From: a virus
Lineage: Duplodnaviria > Heunggongvirae > Uroviricota > Caudoviricetes
IMG/VR virus record: IMGVR_UViG_2545824709_000014
Strand: one strand, 5' to 3'
DNA length: 41,579 bases
The notes beneath the pieces are model-generated. The model was not told the DNA's origin. It ran no database searches and was given only the letters and a program-made list of their open reading frames with translations. Below, one piece after another: positions 26,516-35,576 of this stretch. The first letter of the stretch is position 1. Each line of letters begins with the position of its first letter. The translations under genes and the position numbers were made by a program.

Positions 26516-28930
26516 TTAATACAGATCCCGCCACTTATCATCTTCCTGCAAACGCTGGTTCCGATAGAAGATACGCAGGCCTGCTCCTGACGGAATACTG
26601 CCGCCGCGAAGGAGTAAATCGACCTCTTTCTCGCTACCATCAAATCCTCTGGACTTCAGCTCATAGACGAGCTGCTGTCGCTGATGGTCTGTAATTCGCT
26701 GTTTGTAGTCTTTACGACGTTTCGGTTTCACCAGGCGTAACCTTGCAGCCAGTTCCCGGCGCTCTTTTTTGCTCATACTGTGCAGGTAATCGTGCAACTC
26801 CTTGTCATCCATGCGGGTAATGTCCGTTCTGGTATCCCCATCAGCTGATTTGTCTTTCCCTTGTTGGTTCAAATTTTCAGCAAGGGGACAGTTATTGCCA
26901 CGAGTCCAAGGGGCGCAAGCGCCCTGGTCGGCTGCCGCCTCCTGAACGTCAACGGCTTTACGAACCATTTTCCACTTCACTGCATGAGTGCAGATCTTGC
27001 CCTCTGCAATGGGTGACCAGATGCCATAAATACGAATACCGTGATCGCCATAGGCGGTCGGCTCTTCGTTGATTTCATAAGCGGTTCTGATGAGGTGATA
27101 TTTACGGGGAACCAGTACGCCGCCCTGCTTCATGATGTAGGTAGCAAAACAACCAGCATCAGCAGCAGCCAGAATGGCATCAAGACGCGGGTTATCCAGT
27201 ACTGGCGCACCTGCTTTTTTGTCACCCTGTTGCCTTGCCACCTGACCAGCCAGCAAGCGAAGTTCACGGTAAGCCTGACGTCCCGGAATACCAAAGAAGC
27301 GGAATTGCTGTACACGATGCAGAGACGCCCAGGCATTAACGTATTCAGCGTTATCACACAAGGATTTACCCGTTTCCTTACTGATCTCGCCAGCCAGACC
27401 ACGCCCGTCAATGTTCTTACTGATGTATTTCGCGATGTAGCTTGTCGGCGTTCCTTTGCGCGGGTTTATCAGCTCAGACTTAAAGCGTGGCTCCGTGTTA
27501 TTGCCCAGCTCCTCGCGGTCTTCACGGATGGCAAACTTACGCAGTAATGCAGTGATGGCGCGGCGGTCTTTTTTGCGCATGAAACACAATAGGTGCCAGT
27601 GAACGGTGCCGTCATGATGAGGCTCAGCCACCCGCACGCCATACCAGCGCAACCCGGCTTTATGCATAGCCTTACGAAATGCAGCAAACATGCCGACCAG
27701 ATAATCGCTGCTTTGTCTTACCGTCGCATTTGTCCAGGTCGGGTTGGGCCTGCCGTTATTTAGCGTGGAATGGAAACGTGACGGACAGGTGATGGTGTAG
27801 AAAACGGCGCAGTCACCGCGCATTTCCGCGATAAGCTCCAGACCTTTAACACAGGCCATCATCTCATTGCGGCGATGCGCAGGATTGCTGCTGCTGGCGT
27901 TTACCACATCCTCCATGTCCAGCGTGTCGCCGTCTTCGTTCACCAGTTCATGAGAACGGAAAAACTCTAGTGACTTGCGGCGCTGCTCACGTTTATGCAT
28001 CACGGCTTCATAGCTAACATAGGGAGATGCTTTTTTGCTGACCAGGCAGACAGCACGCAACTGCTCTTCCCGCCATTCGCAACGCATCTTCCATAATTTC
28101 CGATACCACCAGTCGGCGCACAACATACGCGCCAGCGAACCCGGAATGAGTTCATAGGGCACGGGTTTGCGGCGGTTTCTTTTCCGACGAAGTTGCTCAA
28201 ACGCAGGCGGTATGACATCCAGTCGCAGGGTTTCCGCTGCTACCTTTTCCCATGTCTTGCGGATTTCTTCTGGCTTAACATCATCGGTGGCATACAAATC
28301 GCCACAAGCTGCATCAAGGCACATGCTCATATGCGCAGCTACCAGGGTGGACAGGCGTTTTACCTGATCCTGACTCATTTCAGGCAGAATCAGCAGGCCG
28401 TCCAGCCCTTCATGGCTTGCCATAAAGCGAAAAGAAGTGGATAGCTGACTGTCGCGTACATGCTCCAGCCGTTCCAGACATGGCTTAATCGTCTTACGCA
28501 AATAGCGGGAATAAGCCTTTGGCCTGCCCAGGCTGCTGAAGTATTCAATACGTTGCATCAGCGGCTTGCTGATATGGGAAGGCTGGGCGTTAACGTCCGC
28601 CAGAATGACCATGTCTGGATTAAAACGCTGCTGCTCATGCGCCAGCTTTGCCCGGCTAATGAGCTTATCCTGCTCCATTTCGCGTTGGACAGGATCACGG
28701 GATTCATTAAAGAAATAACGCTCCCAGACCTGATCACTCAGTGCCTCGCGGCGCAGCTGTTCCTGCTCGTTATCGGTAGCGTACAGAGTGATCAGGTTTG
28801 AAAGCGCAGAAACCGGCGCAACTTCCGCCGGGTCCAGATAAGGGTTAATAACCTTTTTCGGGCTGTTCCATGAGAATGCTGCGGCGACCTCGTTAACGCC
28901 GCTGCAATTGTTCATATCGGCATGACTCAT
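26516..28930 (-). CDS. A: Replication initiation (rolling-circle nicking) protein A
   Basis: 804 aa; [12 protein letters not shown] active-site tyrosine motif typical of the P2 gpA family. Confidence 0.8.
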   Translation of the reverse strand: MSHADMNNCSGVNEVAAAFSWNSPKKVINPYLDPAEVAPVSALSNLITLYATDNEQEQLRREALSDQVWERYFFNESRDPVQREMEQDKLISRAKLAHEQQRFNPDMVILADVNAQPSHISKPLMQRIEYFSSLGRPKAYSRYLRKTIKPCLERLEHVRDSQLSTSFRFMASHEGLDGLLILPEMSQDQVKRLSTLVAAHMSMCLDAACGDLYATDDVKPEEIRKTWEKVAAETLRLDVIPPAFEQLRRKRNRRKPVPYELIPGSLARMLCADWWYRKLWKMRCEWREEQLRAVCLVSKKASPYVSYEAVMHKREQRRKSLEFFRSHELVNEDGDTLDMEDVVNASSSNPAHRRNEMMACVKGLELIAEMRGDCAVFYTITCPSRFHSTLNNGRPNPTWTNATVRQSSDYLVGMFAAFRKAMHKAGLRWYGVRVAEPHHDGTVHWHLLCFMRKKDRRAITALLRKFAIREDREELGNNTEPRFKSELINPRKGTPTSYIAKYISKNIDGRGLAGEISKETGKSLCDNAEYVNAWASLHRVQQFRFFGIPGRQAYRELRLLAGQVARQQGDKKAGAPVLDNPRLDAILAAADAGCFATYIMKQGGVLVPRKYHLIRTAYEINEEPTAYGDHGIRIYGIWSPIAEGKICTHAVKWKMVRKAVDVQEAAADQGACAPWTRGNNCPLAENLNQQGKDKSADGDTRTDITRMDDKELHDYLHSMSKKERRELAARLRLVKPKRRKDYKQRITDHQRQQLVYELKSRGFDGSEKEVDLLLRGGSIPSGAGLRIFYRNQRLQEDDKWRDLY

Positions 28931-29784
28931 GCACGTACTCCGTACACGGCAGAACTATCCACGCCACGCGAATAATCAAATCCCACCCAGCAGCGCGGCC
29001 CGGAAACAGCAATGATTTCTGTTGCTGATTTACCCTCGCCAGCTGCCACACCGATGCTGCGTTTTACCTTGATATAGTGGTGAGTAAAATTGCGATACAG
29101 CGAACGGATCAGGGATGTGTCACTGTTAGAAACAATGACCGGATGTCCTTCTGATGACCGATGTTCAAGAACGGATGCAAGGTGATACTGGTCATCTTCT
29201 GTGAAACCGTCAGTGTGATAACCGGAAAACGTACCGTCATACGGCGGATCGCAATACACCACATCCCCCGCCTTCAACATCGCCAGCGTTTCATCAAAGC
29301 TGGCGCAGATAAACGTTGCCCGCTGGGCTTTTTCTGCAAATGCGCGAATTTCTTTTTCAGGGAAATACGGATTTTTATAATTACCGTAGGGAATGTTGAA
29401 ATGCCCGCTCTTGTTATAGCGACATAAACCACGGTAACCGTGACGATTGAGATACAGGAAATATACCGCTTTCATGAAATCAGTAATTTCAGTTGAGTAA
29501 TTAAACTCCTGCCTTATGTTGTAATAAGCCACCTCCCTGTTTGCGATCTCAAATAAAACTCTGGCGCGAGATATAAACGATTCACAATCAGCAGCAACCT
29601 TTTTATAGAGGTTGATTAAATCAGGATTAATATCCGCAACAAGATAGCTGGGGTACTCCGTCTCCATCATCACTGCACAGGAACCCGCGAAAGGTTCAAC
29701 CAGTCGCGGGCCAGCAGGAAGGTGTTTTTTCAGTTCGGACATAATTGCGGTTTTATTTCCCGCCCATTTCAGGATGGTGCTCAT
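28927..29784 (-). CDS. dam: DNA N6-adenine methyltransferase (Dam-like)
   Basis: N-terminal LKWAGNK, catalytic DPPY and FAGSCAV SAM-binding-like motifs; start placed at the internal Met overlapping the upstream stop (ATGA); ORF track start is 29844. Confidence 0.75.
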   Translation of the reverse strand: MSTILKWAGNKTAIMSELKKHLPAGPRLVEPFAGSCAVMMETEYPSYLVADINPDLINLYKKVAADCESFISRARVLFEIANREVAYYNIRQEFNYSTEITDFMKAVYFLYLNRHGYRGLCRYNKSGHFNIPYGNYKNPYFPEKEIRAFAEKAQRATFICASFDETLAMLKAGDVVYCDPPYDGTFSGYHTDGFTEDDQYHLASVLEHRSSEGHPVIVSNSDTSLIRSLYRNFTHHYIKVKRSIGVAAGEGKSATEIIAVSGPRCWVGFDYSRGVDSSAVYGVRA

Positions 29785-30008
29785 ACAGCACCTCCGTTGT
29801 AATGTTTGCCTTTCAGCTCTGCGATTTCCTGACAGGTAATGCAAAGCTGCACTCCAGGAATGGCGCGGCGGCGTGCTGGCGGAATTGGCACTTCACATTC
29901 AATGCAAAGCACGCGAGACACGCCCGGTGTTTTGACACGGGCAGCACGAATATGGCGCTGGCGTTCTTCTTCAACGCGCTGCTGTACGAGATCCATTGCA
30001 TCAGCCAT
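29781..30008 (-). CDS. TraR/DksA-family C4 zinc-finger protein
   Basis: 75 aa; CIECEVPIP...CITCQ four-Cys motif; common in P2-like early regions. Confidence 0.65.
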   Translation of the reverse strand: MADAMDLVQQRVEEERQRHIRAARVKTPGVSRVLCIECEVPIPPARRRAIPGVQLCITCQEIAELKGKHYNGGAV

Positions 30009-30247
30009 TAGTGGATCTCCTGCGCTTCGTTCTGGATTGCTTCAGCGGTCACACGCAGCAGTTCTGCCGCTTCGACGTGGTTTAGCTGGTGGGATGTGAT
30101 ATGACACGCAAGACTATCAAGGCGGGCAGCCATTGCTTCAGCCCTTGCCCGGCGTTCTTCCAGACGAGCCTCTGTCAGTAAAATATTTAGCCCTACGTCA
30201 TCCGGTCCGGTTTTAGTCGTGAGGGTTTCAATATTACGCATAATCAA
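30008..30247 (-). CDS. Hypothetical phage early protein
   Basis: 79 aa ORF in the early operon; no family recognised. Confidence 0.4.
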   Translation of the reverse strand: MIMRNIETLTTKTGPDDVGLNILLTEARLEERRARAEAMAARLDSLACHITSHQLNHVEAAELLRVTAEAIQNEAQEIH

Positions 30248-30308
30248 TTCTCCTGAATTTAGATAAAGGGATGCCCGGCGGGTTTACGCCATTAATTTCA
30301 TTAGTTGG

Positions 30309-30650
30309 TTAATTCGGCATGGTTAGCCGTCTGGGAAATAAGCTCACCACTGCACGAAAATGATTCATTGCTTTAATCAACTCCCGCTTTTCGTCAGTGG
30401 TCAGCTCATTAATGCTGATGCTATGACGTTCAGCTGGAATTTTTGCCATAAAGAATATGGCAGCCAGTGCCCGTTTATTTTGTTCGCTATTAATATCCCG
30501 TGGATCACGCATATCTTTAATAAACCGTTCAAGCTCTGACTCAATATTAAGACCAAAAACTTTCGCCCTTAACTCCGCAATATGATTAAGTCCATTCAGG
30601 CGTTCACCGGGGCTTAATGGAACAGTCGCCGCAGCGCCTTCAATAGCCAT
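30309..30650 (-). CDS. Hypothetical phage early protein
   Basis: 113 aa ORF downstream of cII; no family recognised. Confidence 0.4.
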   Translation of the reverse strand: MAIEGAAATVPLSPGERLNGLNHIAELRAKVFGLNIESELERFIKDMRDPRDINSEQNKRALAAIFFMAKIPAERHSISINELTTDEKRELIKAMNHFRAVVSLFPRRLTMPN

Positions 30651-30844
30651 TTGTTCCCCCGTTTTTTCGTAGATAGTTCTGCCAGCAATTCATCTTGTGA
30701 ACGGCACGGATGCCAGCGTTTACCATCCTCACCCATGATCCAGCCGTGACCGTAGTGCATTGCCGGGCTTTGTTTAACCAGCAGCGATGCAAATGATGGT
30801 TCTTTCGTAAGCATAAGCACCTCACAGCAAACCGAATGAAGCAC
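30614..30844 (-). CDS. Hypothetical phage early protein (position of 186 fil)
   Basis: 76 aa ORF overlapping the cII stop; competes with the alternative frame 30640-30825. Confidence 0.3.
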   Translation of the reverse strand: MLHSVCCEVLMLTKEPSFASLLVKQSPAMHYGHGWIMGEDGKRWHPCRSQDELLAELSTKKRGNKWLLKALRRLFH

Positions 30845-31331
30845 CGAGGCCAGTCACGGTATCAACTGCACTCGCCATCGCAGGGTTAGCCTGTAAACGG
30901 GCCTGCAGTGAAACAGCAGCCAGCGCCATCAGTCGTGTTACAGAGTTAATGCTGCTGATAGCATCACGACGACCTGCACTGGTTTTTACATCGCCAGATA
31001 CCGCACCTGCAGCAACACGCCCGATCTCTGCGGTTGCACTCATAACGTAATGCGGCAGTTTCTCTTTTGCTACCTCATTAATCGGTACACATGGCAGGCA
31101 GTGAATCTGTGCCAGAAAACCATCTATCAGCGTTGAATCTTCAGTCAGATCGGTAAGCAGCCAGATTTCTGGCGCATTGAGCTGATGCGGTTGATCTGGG
31201 TTGAGTTTGTTTCGCAGAGTCTGGACATTCATTCCTGCACGTTCTGCCAACTTCGCCATATTGTGACGAAGTGCAAAAGCTCTACAGGCTTCATCAAAAT
31301 GCGGGTGTTTGGAAATCTTATAATCAAACAT
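30822..31331 (-). CDS. cII: CII-like lysogeny establishment regulator (186 type)
   Basis: 169 aa, same length and position as 186 CII; HTH-like N-terminal region. Confidence 0.65.
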   Translation of the reverse strand: MFDYKISKHPHFDEACRAFALRHNMAKLAERAGMNVQTLRNKLNPDQPHQLNAPEIWLLTDLTEDSTLIDGFLAQIHCLPCVPINEVAKEKLPHYVMSATAEIGRVAAGAVSGDVKTSAGRRDAISSINSVTRLMALAAVSLQARLQANPAMASAVDTVTGLGASFGLL

Positions 31332-31363
31332 GCTACCCCCTTAGAAAGTTCTCATAATTGAAC

Positions 31364-31606
31364 TCACTTACCAACAATGACGCGGAAGTTGGAATGACCG
31401 AGGGATTCACGGACCTGATCGGTTTTGTACATTAAATAACGCAGACTTACGCGGCCTTTGTTTTTTTCTTTCTTGACCATGTATTTAGCAAGCTGACCAT
31501 GGTGAATTTTTTGATACACGGAGCCGCGGGAGATACCTTCCCATTCCGCGAACTCTGCAGGCGTAGCCATCTCTTTTGGTACACGAATTGAAATATCAGT
31601 GCTCAT
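31364..31606 (-). CDS. apl: Apl/Cox-like excisionase / transcriptional repressor
   Basis: 80 aa HTH protein divergent from cI, first gene of the lytic operon. Confidence 0.65.
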   Translation of the reverse strand: MSTDISIRVPKEMATPAEFAEWEGISRGSVYQKIHHGQLAKYMVKKEKNKGRVSLRYLMYKTDQVRESLGHSNFRVIVGK

Positions 31607-31640
31607 AGTGCAGTATCTCCCGATTAAGGTTTGGTTAACG

Positions 31641-31708
31641 TCGTTTTATCTCGTTTTACTTGATTCAATATTTGATACATCGAGATACTACGATCCAATA
31701 TTTGATAC
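31641..31708. promoter_or_regulatory. Direct repeats in the cI-apl switch region (candidate CI operators)
   Basis: (T/C)CAATATTTGATAC twice, 30 bp apart (31665-31678, 31695-31708), plus TCGTTTTA(T/C)(C/T) twice (31641-31660). Confidence 0.4.
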
Positions 31709-31725
31709 GTCAACAGGATTAAAAA

Positions 31726-32358
31726 ATGATACAGGTAAAGGCTGGAGAGAATACAGGGGGAAGAGAGGCTATCCATAGACTAATGGCAGCCTATGATTTC
31801 AAGTCCAGACAGCAACTTTGCGATCACTTAGGCGCATCAAAAAGCACCATGGCAAACAGATACTTAAGAGATAGTTTTCCTGCAGAGTGGGTGATTCAGT
31901 GCGCCTTGGAAACAGGAGTTTCTTTACTGTGGCTAACCACCGGACAGGGAGAGCCAGGTCCAAACATTGAACCTAAAAAAAATATCAATTCCGTGAACTC
32001 CAGCAAGGTTGTACCTCTTTCTGAACTAGTATCTCCTGAAATTGACAAGGCGACTCTCAACGGTGGTTTATTGGTCGATGCTGGAAAAGCAATCATTGAT
32101 AGCAGCATACTCCCCTCAGACTCAAGCAACCTACTGCTGGTGACTACTTCTGGTGATTCTTATTTAATAGATCGCAACCAAACACCACCAGTAAATGGTA
32201 TGTGGTTAGTCGATATCGACGGGATAAAAAGCATTGTTAAATTGACTCGGCTCCCGGGAAACAAATTAGTAGTGCATCAGGATGATTCATCGTTTGAGTG
32301 CGGTCTGGATGACATTGAGGTAGTAGGCCGCGCACTGAAAATCATTAAGAGCCTTTGA
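31726..32358 (+). CDS. cI: CI immunity repressor (186 type)
   Basis: 210 aa; N-terminal HTH region resembles 186 CI; immediately followed by int. Confidence 0.7.
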   Translation: MIQVKAGENTGGREAIHRLMAAYDFKSRQQLCDHLGASKSTMANRYLRDSFPAEWVIQCALETGVSLLWLTTGQGEPGPNIEPKKNINSVNSSKVVPLSELVSPEIDKATLNGGLLVDAGKAIIDSSILPSDSSNLLLVTTSGDSYLIDRNQTPPVNGMWLVDIDGIKSIVKLTRLPGNKLVVHQDDSSFECGLDDIEVVGRALKIIKSL

Positions 32359-32359
32359 T

Positions 32360-33373
32360 ATGACCATCAGAAAACAGCCGAACGGAAAATGGTTGTGTGA
32401 GTGCTATCCCAATGGACGCAATGGCAAGCGCGTGCGTAAGCAATTTGCTACGAAAGGCGAAGCCATTGCGTTTGAAAGCTTCACAATGGAAGAAGTGAAT
32501 AAAAAACCGTGGTTGGGTGAAAAGGATGATCGGCGACGCCTATCAGAATTAATTGAGCTTTGGTATTCCCTGTATGGTCAAACACTCGCAGACCCCAAGC
32601 GCCTCATGGCGAAACTTAGAATTATCTGTAATGGTCTAGGCGATCCCATCGCCTCAGAACTGACAGCTGGTGACTTTACAAAATACCGCGAAGCACGGTT
32701 AAAAGGTGAAATACGAAATGAAGATGGCACGCTTATGTCGCCCGTAAAGCCCCGCACGGTAAACCTTGAACAGCGCAATCTATCATCTGTGTTCGGTACA
32801 TTAAAAAAACTAGGACACTGGTCAGCACCAAACCCGCTGGCAGGACTTCCGACCTTCAAAATTGCCGAAGGTGAGCTGGCTTTTCTTTCCACGGACGAAA
32901 TCAAGCGCCTGTTGGCGGCATGTGCTGAATCTCAAAACCCTAGCTTACTAATGATTGCAAAAATATGCCTAGCTACTGGCGCACGGTGGAGTGAAGCCGA
33001 AAATCTGCAGGGCCACCAAATATCGAAATACCGAATTACTTATACAAAAACAAAAGGCAAGAAAAACAGAACAGTACCCATATCACAGGAGCTGTATGAC
33101 GAACTCCCAAAGAACAGAGGGAAGTTATTCTCACCATGTAGAAAAGCCTTTGAACGAGCAGTAAAACGGGCAGGTATAGATCTACCGGATGGCCAATGCA
33201 CCCACGTGCTGCGACATACGTTTGCTAGCCACTTTATGATGAATGGCGGGAACATACTTGTGCTAAGGGATATTTTGGGACATTCGGATATCAAGATGAC
33301 CATGGTTTACTCACATTTCTCACCAGATCATCTTGAAGATGCCGTTACTAAGAACCCATTAAACTTGATATAA
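32360..33373 (+). CDS. int: Tyrosine integrase (P2/186 family)
   Basis: 337 aa; C-terminal HVLRHTFASHFMMNGG...LGHSDIKMTMVYSHF with catalytic R, H-x-x-R and Y. Confidence 0.85.
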   Translation: MTIRKQPNGKWLCECYPNGRNGKRVRKQFATKGEAIAFESFTMEEVNKKPWLGEKDDRRRLSELIELWYSLYGQTLADPKRLMAKLRIICNGLGDPIASELTAGDFTKYREARLKGEIRNEDGTLMSPVKPRTVNLEQRNLSSVFGTLKKLGHWSAPNPLAGLPTFKIAEGELAFLSTDEIKRLLAACAESQNPSLLMIAKICLATGARWSEAENLQGHQISKYRITYTKTKGKKNRTVPISQELYDELPKNRGKLFSPCRKAFERAVKRAGIDLPDGQCTHVLRHTFASHFMMNGGNILVLRDILGHSDIKMTMVYSHFSPDHLEDAVTKNPLNLI

Positions 33374-33386
33374 AACAGCCAAAATT

Positions 33387-35144
33387 CTATTTCATCAAGT
33401 AATCCAATTCATCCTTCATAGGTATAACTTGCTCATAAAGTCTATGGTAGGATTTTCCAATTGCACCCCTAAATTGAATAAGTTTAGGGGAAAAGCTACC
33501 GATATTAATAATATGTTCTTGCGCTATACCAGGATATGGATCGATAAAAATAATCTCTGTCATACCTAACTGATAAGCTTTTTTAGCACAAAGTTCACAA
33601 GGGCTAGCTGTAGTATATAGTTTCCCTCCATTAATACCGACCCCACCATATTTGGCCAATTGCAAAAAAGCATTCTCCTCTGCGTGCAATGCACGGGTAT
33701 GCACTTGATTCCCTTTCTTTTCATCATCAAGGCTGTTGTGAATATCTTTAAAACAATATGGCAAATTAAGTCCTTTAAAAACAGTAGAACTTGAATCACT
33801 CGCCCTTATTTTTATTAAATTTTCTTTAACTTTACTCCTAAATTTTGTATTACTTCGTTCGTACAGGCTATATGTTCCCTCATCAAAATCATGCAATAAC
33901 CCATCAAATGACCTCATAGAACAAGGAACTTGACCTTTTGCTACATCGTTCCAACCAACTGACTTGATAGAGTTATCATTATCTGTCACAACCGCCCCTA
34001 CTTGCCTAGATATACATCCAGAATTTAGTTTTACAGTATATGCAACTTGCATAACCCTTTCCATGGCGGTAGGAGATATTAATCCAGGGTGTTGCATTAA
34101 TGATACATACCACGCAATTTGTGCTTTGAGAAAATTATTATTATCAAATTCTTTTTTAGGGTTAAAAAAATGTATATCTGAAATTTCAATGCATTTTTTT
34201 ACATTAGGATTAGTAAGATGATTATACTCGCCATCTCCTTTACCAGATTCTTCATCATTAATTTTTTTTATCTGTTCCTCTGAGAACTTATGTAATTTCT
34301 TTAAATATCTGGTTCGATGTTCATCTGGTGCATTTATAGAAACCAGATGGAATGCAGCATATCTATCTTTGAAGAATTTAGCTTCATACGGGTTACGTAT
34401 CGCATCAATGACTATATACGCTTTATTATTCTTTACTTTTCTAATTATTTTAATAACACGATTAATTGTTTCAGGTAAATGAAAAACAGCCTTTGGAATA
34501 AAGTCTTGATTTTCATAATCTACATCAACCTTCCCTATTCTTCTAATTGACTTTCCTGCTGACTGATATAGCTCAATATATAAACCTGGCTCTAGTTCAT
34601 TTAATTCCCTTTTAAAATCCCGTGTAAATTTTCGAGTAAGAGTTAATATCCTAATAAAGGTATCTTTCCCCCTGCCTTTAAAGTCAATCTCATCATCATG
34701 ATTAAGAAGATTTTTTATCACCTCAAGATATTTTATCTTCAACAAACTTTTAGCGAACACACCATTAACAACCAGTTTCTTGGCTGCCTTAAAGGAAATC
34801 GAATTTTCTTTTTTATCGGGGATTTTACTTGCAGAAAACTGAATGAATTTAGCTAAGGCCGATGGAGATAAAAGGAGCAAATATATTGAAATGAGATCAC
34901 TGACCTTTATCGAATAGAAGTTCTTCCAATGAGTCTCTGCAAAATTTTTTACTATTTCATAACGCCGCAAATCCAATCCTTTATAATACTCAGCCAAGAC
35001 GTTACTATCTGGAAAAGATATTTCTTTTTGTTCTAAAATATTTGCTGCAGTAGTACATCCTGAGCCAGTTCTCCCAGTTAAACCAATAAGAATAAATTGA
35101 CTATTTTCTAAAAAAAGCTCACTAATAAATTTGTGTTCTCTCAT
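33387..35144 (-). CDS. P-loop kinase-like domain fused to CMP/dCMP-type deaminase domain; candidate AvcD / defensive dCTP deaminase
   Basis: 585 aa; N-terminal P-loop GLTGRTGSGCTT; C-terminal zinc-deaminase signature HAEENA...SPCELC; AT-rich; lies between int and attR. Confidence 0.65.
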   Translation of the reverse strand: MREHKFISELFLENSQFILIGLTGRTGSGCTTAANILEQKEISFPDSNVLAEYYKGLDLRRYEIVKNFAETHWKNFYSIKVSDLISIYLLLLSPSALAKFIQFSASKIPDKKENSISFKAAKKLVVNGVFAKSLLKIKYLEVIKNLLNHDDEIDFKGRGKDTFIRILTLTRKFTRDFKRELNELEPGLYIELYQSAGKSIRRIGKVDVDYENQDFIPKAVFHLPETINRVIKIIRKVKNNKAYIVIDAIRNPYEAKFFKDRYAAFHLVSINAPDEHRTRYLKKLHKFSEEQIKKINDEESGKGDGEYNHLTNPNVKKCIEISDIHFFNPKKEFDNNNFLKAQIAWYVSLMQHPGLISPTAMERVMQVAYTVKLNSGCISRQVGAVVTDNDNSIKSVGWNDVAKGQVPCSMRSFDGLLHDFDEGTYSLYERSNTKFRSKVKENLIKIRASDSSSTVFKGLNLPYCFKDIHNSLDDEKKGNQVHTRALHAEENAFLQLAKYGGVGINGGKLYTTASPCELCAKKAYQLGMTEIIFIDPYPGIAQEHIINIGSFSPKLIQFRGAIGKSYHRLYEQVIPMKDELDYLMK

Positions 35145-35225
35145 TTCGCACCTGTTACGTTATAACACAAGTCTCTTCCATGTTGTATTTATTAGTATTT
35201 ATTAAAAAACAAGAAATTGCAACAT

Positions 35226-35276
35226 AGCGGCAACAATACACACACCAAGAAAATGGCGGCAACTTGGCGGCAGAGC
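35226..35276. repeat. Three GGCGGCA(A/G) motifs upstream of the deaminase gene and inside attR
   Basis: AGCGGCAAC, ATGGCGGCAAC and TTGGCGGCAGAG within 50 bp; related motifs occur at 448-470. Confidence 0.3.
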
Positions 35277-35366
35277 TTTAAAAACGTATAAAACGGATAA
35301 ACACAAAACAATACCAACCAACTGTTTTTGAAAACAAATTATTGTTTTCATTATAATATAAATGGT

Positions 35367-35411
35367 ATGTAGGAATTTCGGACGCGGGTTCAACTCCCGC
35401 CAGCTCCACCA
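35367..35411. repeat. att core, right copy (duplicated 3' end of ssrA)
   Basis: 45 bp identical to 358-402; followed by its own hairpin and T-run, then a P4-type integrase. Confidence 0.85.
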
Positions 35412-35576
35412 CTTTTTAGTTGTTTGAAGTTCAATGAAGTCTACTAAGCCCACACAGCACAAGCTCTGCGGGCTTTTTTACGTCTATTGTCGTCCAGTGA
35501 GAATTGCTGAGAACTACGAGTTATGGCACCCTGAATGGGACCCATTAAGAAGGGTCCAAAAACCGAGGGTCCCAAA

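Larger units (their letters stand above)
358..35411. mobile_element. P2/186-family prophage integrated at ssrA, bounded by 45-bp direct repeats
   Basis: Complete P2-type late gene set in conserved order, 186-type early region, tyrosine integrase, flanking direct repeats of the ssrA 3' end. Confidence 0.85.

Noticed and set aside
27041-27547. 168-aa plus-strand ORF
   Set aside because: Antisense within replication gene A.
30640-30825. 61-aa ORF in an alternative frame
   Set aside because: Overlaps the 76-aa ORF 30614-30844 and the cII stop; only one of the two frames can be real and neither has independent support.
35531-35573. GGGACCC / GGGTCC inverted and direct repeats upstream of the P4-type integrase
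   Set aside because: Short and overlapping the integrase ribosome-binding region; cannot be told apart from chance or simple translation-initiation structure.
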